A DNA stretch of 63,151 nt, the filler included, from Thraustochytrium aureum (taxonomy: Eukaryota): NCBI GenBank assembly GCA_012862495.1. It is 3 parts of 3 records of this genome, joined end to end, with 100 filler letters (N's around TTAATTAATTAA, not from the genome) between each part and the next. Parts side by side here need not be neighbours in the genome. Positions count along the whole stretch, not along the records: positions 1 to 18,568 come from BLSG01000107.1; positions 18,669 to 34,772 come from BLSG01000108.1; 1 more part is not named here. One strand, 5' to 3'. Below are positions 11,175 through 23,197 of the stretch, in pieces; position 1 is the first letter of the stretch, and the number at the start of each line of letters is the position of its first letter. The notes beneath the pieces were generated by a model. That model worked only from the letters and a program-made list of their open reading frames with translations. It was not told where the DNA came from and ran no database searches. The position numbers and the translations under genes were made by a program.

Positions 11175-11286
11175 TGCGCCTGTGAGCGACAGCAGCAACA
11201 ACAAACAACTCGAAAACAACTCGAAAACAACAAAAACAACAACACAAGCCACTCCACTTGGTTCGACAGACGCCTTCAGAGAGCTT

Positions 11287-14200
11287 TCACTTGCGCGGCT
11301 TGCGGATCCTCGTAGCCGCCTTGGCAGCCTTGCCCGCCTTGCTCGTGTTGTTGACTCCTGGGGCGTTGATCTTTACGCCGCCCTGCATGGCTTGCACAAG
11401 CTCGGGCTCAGGAATGAGGCGGAGCACCTCCTGCTCCCTGGGTGTTCCGTTGCGCTGGCGCAGCATAATTTCCACGGCCTGCTTGGAGGCCTTGCCGCGC
11501 TTTTGCGAGCCAGGCGTCAGCTTGAGCTTGTACTTGTAGCTCATGGCGGCCTGCGGAGGGCTGCAGAACGGCAGGGCGTACAGAATGACGTCCTCTGGCT
11601 GCGGGTTGAACGTGAATGAACGCAGGTTGAGCTCGTCGTCAACCTCGATCTCCTCGTTGATGGCTACGCGAGGAGGTTTCGGAGGGCCCGACGGCCGAGC
11701 GCGGGGGTTGGTGCCTCCTTTGGTGTTGCGGCTTCGAGGGTCGGCAGTTTCCGCGGCGGCGGCGGCGGCGGTGGCAGAGGTGCCCTCTCCTTCTGCATCA
11801 TCGTCGTCGTTGCCGTCTTGGCCCGCATCCTCGTCCAACTGGTGGCCCAACGCGAGCATCGCGAGTCGGCGTTCTTCGTCTGTCTGGTCGGCGTACTTCT
11901 TCTTCATCTTTTTCGTCTTGCCTCGCTTTCCACGCGGCAAGGTTGGGTCTTCGGTTTTCTTTGGGGTCTTGGGCGGCGCCGGCTTGAGCCCGTTCGCCAT
12001 GCCCGTTAGTTTGAGCGGCTTGCCTGGCGCCATCCCCGCTTGTTGCACCGTTCTTCTTCTTCTTCTCCCGGCGCGCTTTGGCGGTTTGGTACTTGTTGCG
12101 CCCTTGGGCTCGGTCGTCGGTTTCTACATCAGGCCCCCTGCGCCCGGCAGTCCCGTCCTCCAACTCCTCCTCCTCCTGCTCCTCGAGGCTGGCTCCGCCA
12201 TTGGCATTGTCACTAGCGGCCCCAGACAATGCAGCGCGCTCCAAGGCGTCCATCCCATCGTCGTCGTCGTCGTCGTCGTCGTCGTGGTGACCATCGTCGT
12301 CTTCTTGTTCGGTTTCCTCTCCCCGTGCGTCGCCTTCCCCATCCTCTTCTCCTTCTTGCTCCATCTCGTCGTTGTCGGCGTCGGCGCCAGCACGCCCGTC
12401 GCCCTCGCCTGAAAGCTCCTCCCCGGCCCCTTGCACAGCGTCAAGCTGGCCATCGGCCGCCGCGCGGCTCGAGACGGTCCCTTTGGGCGGCTTGGCGGCG
12501 GTCGCAGCATCGTCCTGGTCGCCCTCCTCGCCCTCTCGTGCACGCCAGTCGAGCTTGCGGTCGTCAAAAGACTCTTGCGTCTCGTCAAGCTTGAAGAGCA
12601 ACCCAAAGGTCAGCTCGAGGCGGCACGGCGGGAGGTAGTTCTTCTTGCCGCGAATCATAAAGCTTCCCGTTGACAAGTACTCGCCCGTTGGCGCCGTCTT
12701 CGAGACCTGCTCAGCGCTCACCCACCAGGCGCTCGTGATGATCTTGGCGTTCCACGCCGAAGACATGCAGACCGACATCGCGCCTGCCTGCCGAAGCGAC
12801 TCGAGCGGGACGACGGCGCCAGGACGCGGGCTTCGCACGACGCAGGTGGCGGCGCCGTGAAGGTCGGCGTGCACGTAGACGTCGCCGTGGGACTTGCGCA
12901 TAAAGCGCTTGACAATCAGCTCGTTCTGCTGCGCGTCGCGGCCGCTGACTACCAAAAGGCCCTCGCTCGTGACGAACCAGCGAAACTTTTCAAACCAGTT
13001 CACCTTGCGCTGCACTCGCACGGCCTTGCGCTTGTTGTTCTGGCGCTCGATCTCCTTGTGAAACTTGCGCTCGGCGTCGTCCAGCACCTTCTTGGAGGCC
13101 TCGATTGTCCGCTCCGCCTTGCTCACAGCCTGCTTCTTGTTCGAGTAGAGCGCCGAGACGTTGGCAAACGCCGACTGGTTGATGTCCACGCGCACTTTGA
13201 TGGTGCCGTCGCGCGGAAGGGCCACGCCAGGGCTGGTTTCGTCGCCTTCAACGCCCAAGCCGGCTCGCTGCGGAGCAAAACCCTCGGGGACAGGCAGCTT
13301 GAGCGTGATCTCGCTGGACTCGAGGCTGGTCCCATCGATCAACAGCGCAATAGGGTTCTTGCGCGACTTTTCTGTGGCAATCAGCTCATCCAGCTCGTCC
13401 CACGACATGCCACTCGCGACTGCCGAGCGCGTGATCAAGATGGCGCGGTCCACGTCCTCGAGGCACGCCGCAATCGCCTCAGCGCCCAGCTCCTTGTGGA
13501 CCACCTCCTCGTTGAGCTGCTCGATGCGCTTGAGCTGGTCAACCTTGATTGACTCGACCTTTTTCGCAGCCTGTTTGCGCTGCGCGATCGTAGCCTTTGC
13601 CTGGCGCTGGACATCGATCTTGCTAAAGTACTCGTCGACGGCGTCGTTAAGCGAGCTAAACTGGACATGCCGCCTCGTGCGGAACTGCTCCAGGAGTACG
13701 GGGTCAAAGCGCTCGAAAAACTCGACCTCCTCCGCCGCTTCGGAGGCGCCGGGACTGCCCTCGTCGGCCTCGGTCGCGGAACCCATGCCGGGCGCCGTCG
13801 GAGCCGTGGCCTGGGCGTCATGCACCTGCTCCATTACGAGAAAGCCGGCCGGCGCTTCAAGGTTGTCCACCTTGGCGACCAGGTCCGCCGAGCCCTGCTG
13901 GAGAGTGCTCGCCAGCGTCTGGAGGAGGTCGTCCTGCGAAATCAACTCGCTCGAGAGCTTGGCGTTCGGCTTCCCTTTGGCCAACAAAATGCAGTGCTCG
14001 ATCAAGTCTGGTCCAAGAACGTTGACTACGCTCGCGCGACCAGATAGGGCCTGCTTGAGCGTGGGAACACCAGCCGCTTTGGAGCCCTTGCTTTTTTTTT
14101 CTGGTCGCTGCCAGCAGCTTGAACGTCCTCGCTCAGCTCGGCGGCTGAGGTGGGCTTTGGGGCGCTGGTTTCGTCAAGCGAGGCCTGGAGCTGCGCGCGG

Positions 14201-14993
14201 AGCATCTCGGCGCTCAAACCGCCTCTAGCAAGCCCGCTCACGTGCGCGGGCGCCNNNNNNNNNNNNNNNNNNNNNNNNNNNNNNNNNNNNNNNNNNNNNN
14301 NNNNNNNNNNNNNNNNNNNNNNNNNNNNNNNNNNNNNNNNNNNNNNNNNNNNNNNNNNNNNNNNNNNNNNNNNNNNNNNNNNNNNNNNNNNNNNNNNNNN
14401 NNNNNNNNNNNNNNNNNNNNNNNNNNNNNNNNNNNNNNNNNNNNNNNNNNNCGGGCGCCTCCGGCCGTCGCCTCCTGCGGCGCATCCGATGGCGCCTCTG
14501 GCTGTGTTTTGGCGATCGCGGCAAGGTAGTTTTCCCCCACGGCAAAGCGTACCTCGTCGTCCTTGAAGACGCGGATCAGTGACAGCACCTTGTACTCGTG
14601 GTCGGCCAGGACGACGTTGCCCTGCGCGTACATTTCGAGGATGATATGGTAGTGCGTCTCGACCTTGCCGTGAAGCCCGATCGTGAAGTCCACCACACGA
14701 TCCTCGCCGAGCTGTTTGATCGACAGGAGGCGCTTTTGCCTCACGTGCTTGCGCAGCTTCATGGAGAACCCGCTCGGCATATCCGACTTTTCCTTGACGA
14801 ACTTGGTCGTGTGAAACCTGATCCCAGACTCGATCACGACCAGCTCCTTCTCTTTGCCGGGCTGCGTCAGCTTGATCAGGAACGTCTTGGCGTCCACATC
14901 GTACACGTTGTTCACCCAGTATCCGGACAGCTTGGCGTCCAGCTCGAGCGCGACGCGCCGAATATCTAGCTTGCCAAACTTGGTCTTCGGCAT
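11287..14993 (-). CDS. NEMF: NEMF/Rqc2 ribosome quality-control protein (gap 14255-14451; frameshifts at the T9 run ~14095 and at ~11950-12050)
   Basis: NFACT-N (NVYDVDAKTFLIKL, ESGIRFHTT, FSMKLRKH), NFACT-R (WFEKFRWFVTSEG, GRDAQQNE, VHADLHGA, QVSKTAPTGEYLSTGSFMIRGKKN) and C-terminal YKYKLKLTPGSQKRGKA. Confidence 0.95.
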
Positions 14994-15383
14994 CTTGCTT
15001 GACTGCGCTCGCGCGTCCCCTGCTGGCTGCCCTGTGCGCCCTTGGCCCTTGGCCCGCCTGCCCGCCCGCCCGCCCGCCTGCCCGCCCGCCTGCTTGCTTG
15101 CCTCGTCCGTTCGCGCGCTGCTCGCGTTGCGGCTCTGGCGCGGCCTTCTGCTTCATTCACTGTGTGGTGGGTTTTGGAGGTGGAAAAGACCAGCGAGAAC
15201 ATGGGCGTTGATGGCCGCACCGCGCTCCCGGCATTCATGGCGCCTGCTCCGCATCAGTGCAGGCGGCGTGCGCGATTACATCGAGGCTGAACTCTTGCAG
15301 AACAGGAAATCTGTTTTGCTGTTGCTATGGTTTGGCTGCGAGCTCAGACGGGCGCATGATCGATCGATCGATCAATCGATCGA

Positions 15384-16552
15384 TCACGGCGTGCGAGCGG
15401 CAAGTTCCTCGCGCAGGCGGCGCAACTCGGCCTCCTTCTCCTGGTCCTCGTCCTGCAAACGCATCATGTGCTGCGTCAGCTGCTGCAGCTGCGTGTCGTA
15501 GCTGGAACGGGTGAGCGCGAGCTCCTCGGCGGCTGTCGCTTGGACGCGTTTGATTGAGGCTTCAAAGCGCGCCGTTTCAGCATCGTGCTGCGCGCGCTCA
15601 GAGACCAGAGCGCTCAGCTGCTCGGCCAAGTGCGCCTCCCGCGCTTCGGCCTCGCGAGCGCGCTGCTCCGCCAAGCGGATGCGTGCCGTAAAGCTCGCAA
15701 ATTGGGTGTCCAGATCGCTCTGAGTCGGACCCGCGGCCCACGCTGCGGCTTGGGCAACACGCGCTGTCGCATCAACCAGCGTCCCGCTGACGAGATCAAA
15801 CACAACGACATCTGCGGGCCCACCCTTGCTGACCGGCGGCTGCAATTCTGGCTGGGAAGCCGAAGTGTGAGCGTGCGGCTCCGCAGCGGCCAAGACGGGG
15901 CCGTCGGCAGCGAGGCTGCCCGACTCAGCGCCCGAGCGGGCGAGGGTTTGGAGCTGCTTTTCCTTGGCTAAAAGCTCCTCCCTCGCGCTGCCGTACTGTG
16001 CCTCGAGCTTGAGGATCGCCGCTGCTTGCTGCGAGCATTTCGCCTCGAGCTGCTCCACGCGCGACTGCGTTCCCGTTGCCTGCCCGTGCGGGGCTTTGCT
16101 AGCGAGAGCAGACGCGTTGAGGCGCTCGAGAAAGGCGCGCGCCTGCTTGCGAGGCGCACTGTCGGCCCTGAGCGAGCGGGCCGTGACCTGGAACTCGTGC
16201 GTTGCTTTGGCAAGCGAAGCGAACGCCTCGGCAAGGCTCCCTCTACTAGATGCCGTGGCCTCCGCGCTGCCCTTCCGGAGCGCAGAGGCAACGTCGGAGA
16301 GCGCTGCCACCGCGTCCTCGAGCCGCGGCGGCGAAGCAGTCACCGCCCGCCGCAACGAGCCAAGCAACGGGATGGCCGCGGCGTAGGGTGCAAATGCCAA
16401 TGCGCCGGACGCGCCGCCATCCTGCTCCTGGACAGCGCCCGTCGCGGACGCCAACGCGCGCACCGCGGCGTCAAACATTTGCAAAGTCTTTGACGAAAGC
16501 TCCTCGACCGCGTGCGGCCGCTCTAGTTGAGGCGTTTCGGTTGCATCGACCC
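15384..16552 (-). CDS. Coiled-coil protein with PPP1R21-like (TTKRSYEDQ-type) C-terminus; 5' end in or beyond the gap
   Basis: AEELALTRSSYDTQLQQLTQHMMRLQDE resembles the PPP1R21 C-terminal ELxTTxxSYExQLxxMSxHL pattern; long coiled coil. Confidence 0.5.
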
Positions 16553-17256
16553 NNNNNNNNNNNNNNNNNNNNNNNNNNNNNNNNNNNNNNNNNNNNNNNN
16601 NNNNNNNNNNNNNNNNNNNNNNNNNNNNNNNNNNNNNNNNNNNNNNNNNNNNNNNNNNNNNNNNNNNNNNNNNNNNNNNNNNNNNNNNNNNNNNNNNNNN
16701 NNNNNNNNNNNNNNNNNNNNNNNNNNNNNNNNNNNNNNNNNNNNNNNNNNNNNNNNNNNNNNNNNNNNNNNNNNNNNNNNNNNNNNNNNNNNNNNNNNNN
16801 NNNNNNNNNNNNNNNNNNNNNNNNNNNNNNNNNNNNNNNNNNNNNNNNNNNNNNNNNNNNNNNNNNNNNNNNNNNNNNNNNNNNNNNNNNNNNNNNNNNN
16901 NNNNNNNNNNNNNNNNNNNNNNNNNNNNNNNNNNNNNNNNNNNNNNNNNNNNNNNNNNNNNNNNNNNNNNNNNNNNNTATTGAGCGCCCAGCCGCGCGGA
17001 CGCAGCCTCTGCCCGCACAGCGACGCGCGTGTGCAGCAATCGCGTCAGGTCTGCGCGACGTCAGAAGAAAGATACTCGAAGGCACCGTCGAAAGTTGCGT
17101 CGCCATGCCCAGATCCAGCCAGCCAGAGCCGCAAGCGCCCGCTCGGTGCGAGTCAGCGCGGCGAACGTCTAGGCGCACGGGACGCTGAGGAGTGCGGCCC
17201 AGGACTCTTGCCAAGGCGCTGGTGCGGGCTGCGCGGACTGGGATTGACGCTCGAAC

Positions 17257-18231
17257 ATGTCGGACGCAAATGCCGGTGCTCAAGCCGTAAGTCGTGCGGG
17301 ACGGACCGGGCTGCGCGCGGGCGCGCGGCGGCGCTGACGGCCGCGGGCGCGCAGGTGGACTTTGGGTTTGATGGCAAGGTTGTTCTGGTGACTGGGGCTG
17401 CTGGTAAGTGATTGTGGTGGAGTCGGTGGGGCAGCAGAGCCGCGCTGACGAACGGGCACCTGTGCGACCACAGGCAGCTTTGGCCGAGCTGGCGCCGAGT
17501 ACTTTGCGAAGGCGGGCGCGAACGTGGCCATGTGCGACATGGTCGAGGGCGCGCTCAAGGAGGCGTTCGAGGCGGTGGCCGCGCTCGCCAAGGAAGGCAG
17601 GAAGGTGATTTACTTGGTGTGCGACATCACCAACGCCGCTCAGGTCACGGAGACGGTGGACAAGGTCGTCGAGCAGCTCGGCGCCGTGGACCACCTCTGG
17701 AACAACGCCGGCTACCAAGGCGAAATGAAGCCCACGCCCGAGTACTCGGTGGAGGACTTTGCCCGCGTGATCAACATCAACGTGACAGGGTCGTTCGCCA
17801 TGCTGCAGGCCGTTTCCCGCGTCATGATCGCCAGCGGAACGCCGGGGACCATCGTCAATACGGCCTCTGTGGCTGCGCTCAGAGGCACGCCGACCATGTG
17901 CGCCTACGTGGCTTCAAAGTCGGCGCTCATTGGCCTCACGCTTAGCACGGCCAAGGACCTCGCGCCGTACAACATCCGCGTCAACGCGGTCAGTCCAGCC
18001 CTCATTGGGCCCGGCTACATGTGGACGCGCCAGAACGAGCTGCATGCTGCGAGCGGCTCGCCATACTTCGCAACCGACGCTGACGCCGTTGGGGCGGCCA
18101 AGATCGCCAGCGTCCCGCTCAAGCGCCTCGGCTCCGTCGAGGAGGTGATCCAGTCGGTGGCCTTCCTCCTCAGCAGCGCGAGCTCGTACACGACGGGGCA
18201 CAACCTGGTCATTTCGGGCGGCCTGGCCTGA
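17257..18231 (+). CDS. Short-chain dehydrogenase/reductase, xylitol/polyol dehydrogenase-like. Exons 17257-17286, 17355-17403, 17474-18231
   Basis: Two GTAAGT...GCTGAC...CAG introns restore the glycine-rich TGAAGSFG; NNAG, catalytic Ser and YVASK (YxxxK), NIRVNAVSP. Confidence 0.9.
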
Positions 18232-18612
18232 CCTGCCGCGACCGCTCGCCGTCGGTTTGCTCTACGAGCGGCTTGATCCTACTTGGCCCACAACCGACAG
18301 ACACCAGCTTCGTGCAAAGCCTTTACTAGTAGAAATGAATGATGCCATCGCAGCGCCTTCAGTCCCGCCTCCAGCGCGCTCTGCGACCCGCGCCAGGCCA
18401 AGTCGACTTGATCAAGTTGATGTGGACGCCCACCCCGCAGTCGACAAGCGCACGTCGACCTGCTGCGTGGCCCCAGCGATCGCGCTGCCGTCTGCAGACC
18501 GTCCTTGCAGGGCAGGACCGGCAGCGGGGAAGGCGAGAAGCCGCGCGGCGGCCGAGTTGCCGCGCACGNNNNNNNNNNNNNNNNNNNNNNNNNNNNNNNN
18601 NNNNNNNNNNNN

Positions 18613-18624
18613 TTAATTAATTAA
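18613..18624. other. Artificial scaffold linker TTAATTAATTAA
   Basis: Six-frame-stop palindrome centred in an N run; identical copy at 34817. Confidence 0.95.
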
Positions 18625-18668
18625 NNNNNNNNNNNNNNNNNNNNNNNNNNNNNNNNNNNNNNNNNNNN

Positions 18669-19544
18669 TGGGAATTGGGCAAGCCCGAGCTGTACACCTA
18701 CGAGGAAATGTACGTGGGCGCGGACGGGGCCGTAGACGACCACATGGACAAGCCCGACCTCAAGGACCACGTGTGCAACATCCCGGCGCGCCTGTTCCAC
18801 CTCCGAGGCCCCCACTACTTGTCCGAGTCCGCCACGAACAACAAGCGGCTCAAGCAGGCCTCCGCCGCAGCTGCCTACGCAGTGATCGGTCTCAAGGTCT
18901 TCCAGTCGCGCAACGACATGTCGCACGCCGCAGTCTCGATCATGCCGCTCGCAAAGTTTCTCCAAGATCAGATGGAGCACGACGCCAAGCATGGCGCGCC
19001 CGTTGGCGACGCCCCACCCTATATCGTGCTATGCTGGAACTTCTCCAACTTTTTCAAGACCGAGTACACATCGGTAGTTCATGTCATGCGGCGCTCAATC
19101 AAAATCGACTCGTCCGAAACTGGCGAGGACCCCGCGCTGGATCGCGCCTTCTCCCGCTGGCTCAAACTCTCAGACGACGAGAAGAACGCCAAGCTCAAGT
19201 ATGCGTGCATTATGCGCGAGGCCAACGCGCAGCTCCGCGGCGCCATCGACATGCTCGGGGGCGAGCGCCCTGTGCTGATCGGCAAGCGGCTCACGACCAC
19301 GTATCATACCGGGGAGGGATACCTGGAGATCGACATGGACGTCGGGTCCTCAAACGTGGCCTCGATGCTGAACGGCATCCTGCTCAAGACGAGCGGGTCT
19401 CTCGTCGTGGACGAGTGCTTTTGCATCGAGGGGCAGGCCGAGGACGAGCTCCCTGAGCGCGCGCTCTGCGCGCTCCGCTGGAACCACTGCTCGCTTGACA
19501 CGATCAGGCACACCTTGGATGCGATGGGCAACCTCGTCAGCTAG
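18669..19544 (+). CDS. EDR2 C-terminal (DUF1336) domain protein, 5'-partial
   Basis: Motifs FHLRGPHYL, RPVLIGKRL, YLEIDMDVGSS and FCIEGQAEDELPERAL. Confidence 0.88.
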   Translation, partial: WELGKPELYTYEEMYVGADGAVDDHMDKPDLKDHVCNIPARLFHLRGPHYLSESATNNKRLKQASAAAAYAVIGLKVFQSRNDMSHAAVSIMPLAKFLQDQMEHDAKHGAPVGDAPPYIVLCWNFSNFFKTEYTSVVHVMRRSIKIDSSETGEDPALDRAFSRWLKLSDDEKNAKLKYACIMREANAQLRGAIDMLGGERPVLIGKRLTTTYHTGEGYLEIDMDVGSSNVASMLNGILLKTSGSLVVDECFCIEGQAEDELPERALCALRWNHCSLDTIRHTLDAMGNLVS

Positions 19545-19727
19545 TTTGTATGTTACCTGCAGACAAGCTAATCGTTCGCTAAGCGCATCGCCGCTTCGCC
19601 GCAGAAAAGATCAGGCAAGATTTTTTTCCCACGCTCGCGAGGCGGAAAGTGCGAGCCGCTGCCCTCCCGCCATAAACGCGTTGGCTGATCTCGCAGCGAG
19701 CGAGCGCACTTGGCTGGACGGGGCGTA

Positions 19728-19770
19728 CCATCCATCCATCCATCCACATCCATCCATCCACATCCATCCA
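19728..19770. repeat. Imperfect (CATC)n microsatellite
   Basis: ccatccatccatccatccacatccatccatccacatccatcca. Confidence 0.85.
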
Positions 19771-20506
19771 CTTTCATTCGTCGATCTAGCTAGAGGTCCG
19801 TCCATCCATCCTCAACTCGGCATGGCGGCGCTCCTCAGCCCTGCCGCTCCTGCTCCTGCTGCGCTCAAACCCCTCGGCGCCACGGGCTGGACGACCGCCA
19901 TCGAGGCGCTCCTGGATGGCCAGCGAGCTCGATCCGTGGAAAAGATACTCGCGCCATCGCGTGCCCCAGAGCCCCATCGGGACGCGGCATCGAGGAGCGC
20001 GGCGGGCGAGAGCGCAGCTAGAGCAGCAGGGGCGCCGGGGCAGCCAGGCCGGTTTGCGAGCCGCGAGGGGCAGGGATTTCGAGTTGGTTCACGACATTTA
20101 CGACGACGANNNNNNNNNNNNNNNNNNNNNNNNNNNNNNNNNNNNNNNNNNNNNNNNNNNNNNNNNNNNNNNNNNNNNNNNNNNNNNNNNNNNNNNNNNN
20201 NNNNNNNNNNNNNNNNNNNNNNNNNNNNNNNNNNNNNNNNNNNNNNNNNNNNNNNNNNNNNNNNNNNNNNNNNNNNNNNNNNNNNNNNNNNNNNNNNNNN
20301 NNNNNNNNNNNNNNNNNNNNNNNNNNNNNNNNNNNNNNNNNNNNNNNNNNNNNNNNNNNNNNNNNNNNNNNNNNNNNNNNNNNNNNNNNNNNNNNNNNNN
20401 NNNNNNNNNNNNNNNNNNNNNNNNNNNNNNNNNNNNNNNNNNNNNNNNNNNNNNNNNNNNNNNNNNNNNNNNNNNNNNNNNNNNNNNNNNNNNNNNNNNN
20501 NNNNNN

Positions 20507-21209
20507 GTGCCGCGCGTTTGCGCAGGCCGTGAGGAAGGACCCGGCTGTGGCCTCTGGTAAGCTTGCGAGCCTGATCTTCAACGCGGGGTACATGCCCAAC
20601 TCGTTCTCGATGACCGAGGAGGGGCTCGAGACAAGCTTTGTGGCCAACCACCTCGGCCACTTCCTCCTCTTCACAGAGCTCGAGGACGTCGTCGTCAAGG
20701 CCAAGGCTACCGTGGTCGCAGTCACGTCATCGGTACACAGTACGCCACTGGAGACGCCCGAAGGCGTGCCGATGAGCAAGGAGCAGGTGAACGACAAAAC
20801 TGGCTTTGACTCGCTGACCCACTACGGGATGGTCAAGCTCGCGAACATTCTGTTTGTGCGCGAGTTGGACGCCCAGTACCACAGCAAAGGTGTTGTGGCA
20901 ACGGCTGTGCATCCGGGCGTTGTGCGGACCAACTTTCTTGACCGTCTCTTCGAGGACGGCAAGGAGTTGGACTCGATCGCCAACGTACCATTCAAGCTCC
21001 TGCGCACTGTCCAGGAGTACGCATTTTGGCCGAGCGACGACGCGGCGCTTTCACTGGTCGCCGCCGCGGTCAAGCCCAAGGGCCATGGCGAGTACACTGT
21101 GCCGATCCATCGCACATTCACGCCCTCGTCCAAGGCCCGCAACGCCGATGTTGCCAAGCGTTTCTGGGACCTCTCCGTCAAGCTTTGCGCCGAAGTTCTC
21201 AAGGACTAG
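20507..21209 (+). CDS. Retinol dehydrogenase/WWOX-like SDR, 5'-partial
   Basis: Motifs FNAG, GLETSFVANHLGHFLL, YGMVKLANILF, AVHPGVVRT and AKRFWDLS. Confidence 0.88.
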
Positions 21210-21499
21210 AACACCCTGGTGCGCGCTGCAGGCACCGCGCGGGACGTTTTTGCTTGCTTGCCCAAGAAAAGCCACTCCAGTGCCGTTGAATGTCAATCAT
21301 GACTCGACGTGGATGGAGCACAGGGGTGGCTGGCAAGCGTCTTGATTCCAGTCGGGGCTACAGAAGCAGCAGTAGTCTTCCTTATTCTCAATCAAAAGAA
21401 CTAGATTGCATGGGTCTGATCGTTTGCGCCGAGGCTTTCAACCCGCTTCACACGCTCCTTTGAAGCGGGCTCAATGCCAGCAGCTAGGCGCAGCGCGGG

Positions 21500-22687
21500 T
21501 CATAGACGAGCGCTCGGCGTCGTCCAGGCGGCGATGAGCGCCGACACTGCCCCGATGAACGCGAGCGGCTCGTCCAGCATCAGGTGGTGCCGCGCATTAG
21601 GCAGCACCACAACAGGCGCAAGGGCCCGTAAAGGCCCCTCGACGGTTGCCTTGATCGATGGTATGCGCATGAAGAAGCTATCCGCGCCGTACACGAAGGC
21701 CAAGGGGACCTTGAGCTGTGCCCGGCGCACCTCGTCTAGGCTCATGTGCGGCGTTTCCGTGGCTAGATCTAGCTTGCCAAACCTGTTGCAGTCGCCCTTC
21801 CAGCGCCAACCGGTCGCGGCGCCTGCCCCCGCAGGCTCAGACGACGTATTCGCGACGTACTCGAGGACAAACCTGTAGTTGCACGGCTGCGCTGGCGCCA
21901 ACTTGAACTTGTCGACTGGCGCGGCGGCGGCCGTCGAGTGCACTTTCCACCCCTCGCGCCTCTGCGCCAAGGGCGACTTGCGGCGCTCCGCCATCATAGC
22001 TTGCTGTCTGCGCTCAAACACGTCCGGCGCGAGGTCCTCCATGCGCACGTCCGTCAGCACAACCCCTGCGAATCGCTCGCCGCAGGCCAGCGCGACGCGC
22101 ATGCTTATCACAGACCCCAGCGAGTGCGCCACGAGTATGGGCTTGCCAAACCGAGCAAAGTACCCGAGAGCCTCGCAGACCTTGACAACCTCGTCAGCAT
22201 AGATGCCCGCGTGGTATGCGTCCTCGCGCTCGTCCGAGCTCCCGCACCCAGAGCTGCTGATAGCGACAACTTCAAACCTATCCGCGAAGAACGGCGCAAT
22301 AAACGAGTACCNNNNNNNNNNNNNNNNNNNNNNNNNNNNNNNNNNNNNNNNNNNNNNNNNNNNNNNNNNNNNNNNNNNNNNNNNNNNNNNNNNNNNNNNN
22401 NNNNNNNNNNNNNNNNNNNNNNNNNNNNNNNNNNNNNNNNNNNNNNNNNNNNNNNNNNNNNNNNNNNNNNNNNNNNNNNNNNNNNNNNNNNNNNNNNNNN
22501 NNNNNNNNNNNNNNNNNNNNNNNNNNNNNNNNNNNNNNNNNNNNNNNNNNNNNNNNNNNNNNNNNNNNNNGCTGGGGGCGCGGTCGTCCAGCCGCACGCC
22601 TTTCGCCGCCCGAGCGCGCTGCGCGCTCGCCGCTGGCGTGGCGAGCTGCGACACATTGGGCGCCATTTCGCGCCCCGAGTCCGGCAT
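21500..22687 (-). CDS. Alpha/beta-fold hydrolase with C-terminal PTS1-like tripeptide ARL (gap 22312-22570; start uncertain)
   Basis: SGCGSS, nucleophile elbow AHSLG, YGADS, ARHHLMLDEP; ends SARL*. Confidence 0.82.
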   Translation of the reverse strand: MPDSGREMAPNVSQLATPAASAQRARAAKGVRLDDRAPSXXXXXXXXXXXXXXXXXXXXXXXXXXXXXXXXXXXXXXXXXXXXXXXXXXXXXXXXXXXXXXXXXXXXXXXXXXXXXXXXXXXXXXXYSFIAPFFADRFEVVAISSSGCGSSDEREDAYHAGIYADEVVKVCEALGYFARFGKPILVAHSLGSVISMRVALACGERFAGVVLTDVRMEDLAPDVFERRQQAMMAERRKSPLAQRREGWKVHSTAAAAPVDKFKLAPAQPCNYRFVLEYVANTSSEPAGAGAATGWRWKGDCNRFGKLDLATETPHMSLDEVRRAQLKVPLAFVYGADSFFMRIPSIKATVEGPLRALAPVVVLPNARHHLMLDEPLAFIGAVSALIAAWTTPSARL

Positions 22688-22969
22688 CCCCTTCTTTCCC
22701 CAGCAGATCACGCGGCAACCCCACTGCGCGATGAGGACCGCCAAAGCCCTGCCTGGCCCGAGACCGAGAGAGACCGAGAGAGGTCGACCTCGTCGGGCGC
22801 CCGAGTCAGTCTGCGCGCCGCGGCCTCCAACGCGCCATTCCGACGCCCATGTCGCGACAATGTCACGACATTGTCGCAAACGCGCTTCGTCCTGTCTGTC
22901 CGCCACTCGCTCGCGCAGGCGCAGCAGCAGTACAAGCAGCAGCGGCGGCGGCGAAGGGAGCGGGCGGCG

Positions 22970-23197
22970 ATGGAGTCTGACAGCGTCTACATCCCGCGGG
23001 AGGACAACTTGGACCTGATCGACGAGGAGTGGACGCACGACTCGCTGTCGGACGACGAGATCGAGATCCCGCCCGGCAACGACATTCCGATGGACGACCA
23101 CGAGGTGGACCCCGGGGCGGCCGCGCGCAAGGACGAGGAGGAAGAGGACAAGTGGGCGGACCTGGGGCTCGAGGCCTTTGTTTCTGGGCAGCAGTAG
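22970..23197 (+). CDS. APC13: Anaphase-promoting complex subunit 13 (75 aa)
   Basis: LDLIDEEWTHDSL...EIP...EEDKWADLGL matches the Apc13 pattern LDLIDxxWxxDxL...KWxDLxL. Confidence 0.88.
   Translation: MESDSVYIPREDNLDLIDEEWTHDSLSDDEIEIPPGNDIPMDDHEVDPGAAARKDEEEEDKWADLGLEAFVSGQQ

Noticed and set aside
18569..18668. Palindromic TTAATTAATTAA (also at 34817) as a biological site such as a piggyBac TTAA target
   Set aside because: Centred in identical 100-nt N spacers and places stops in all six frames: an assembly linker. Gene adjacency across it carries no meaning.
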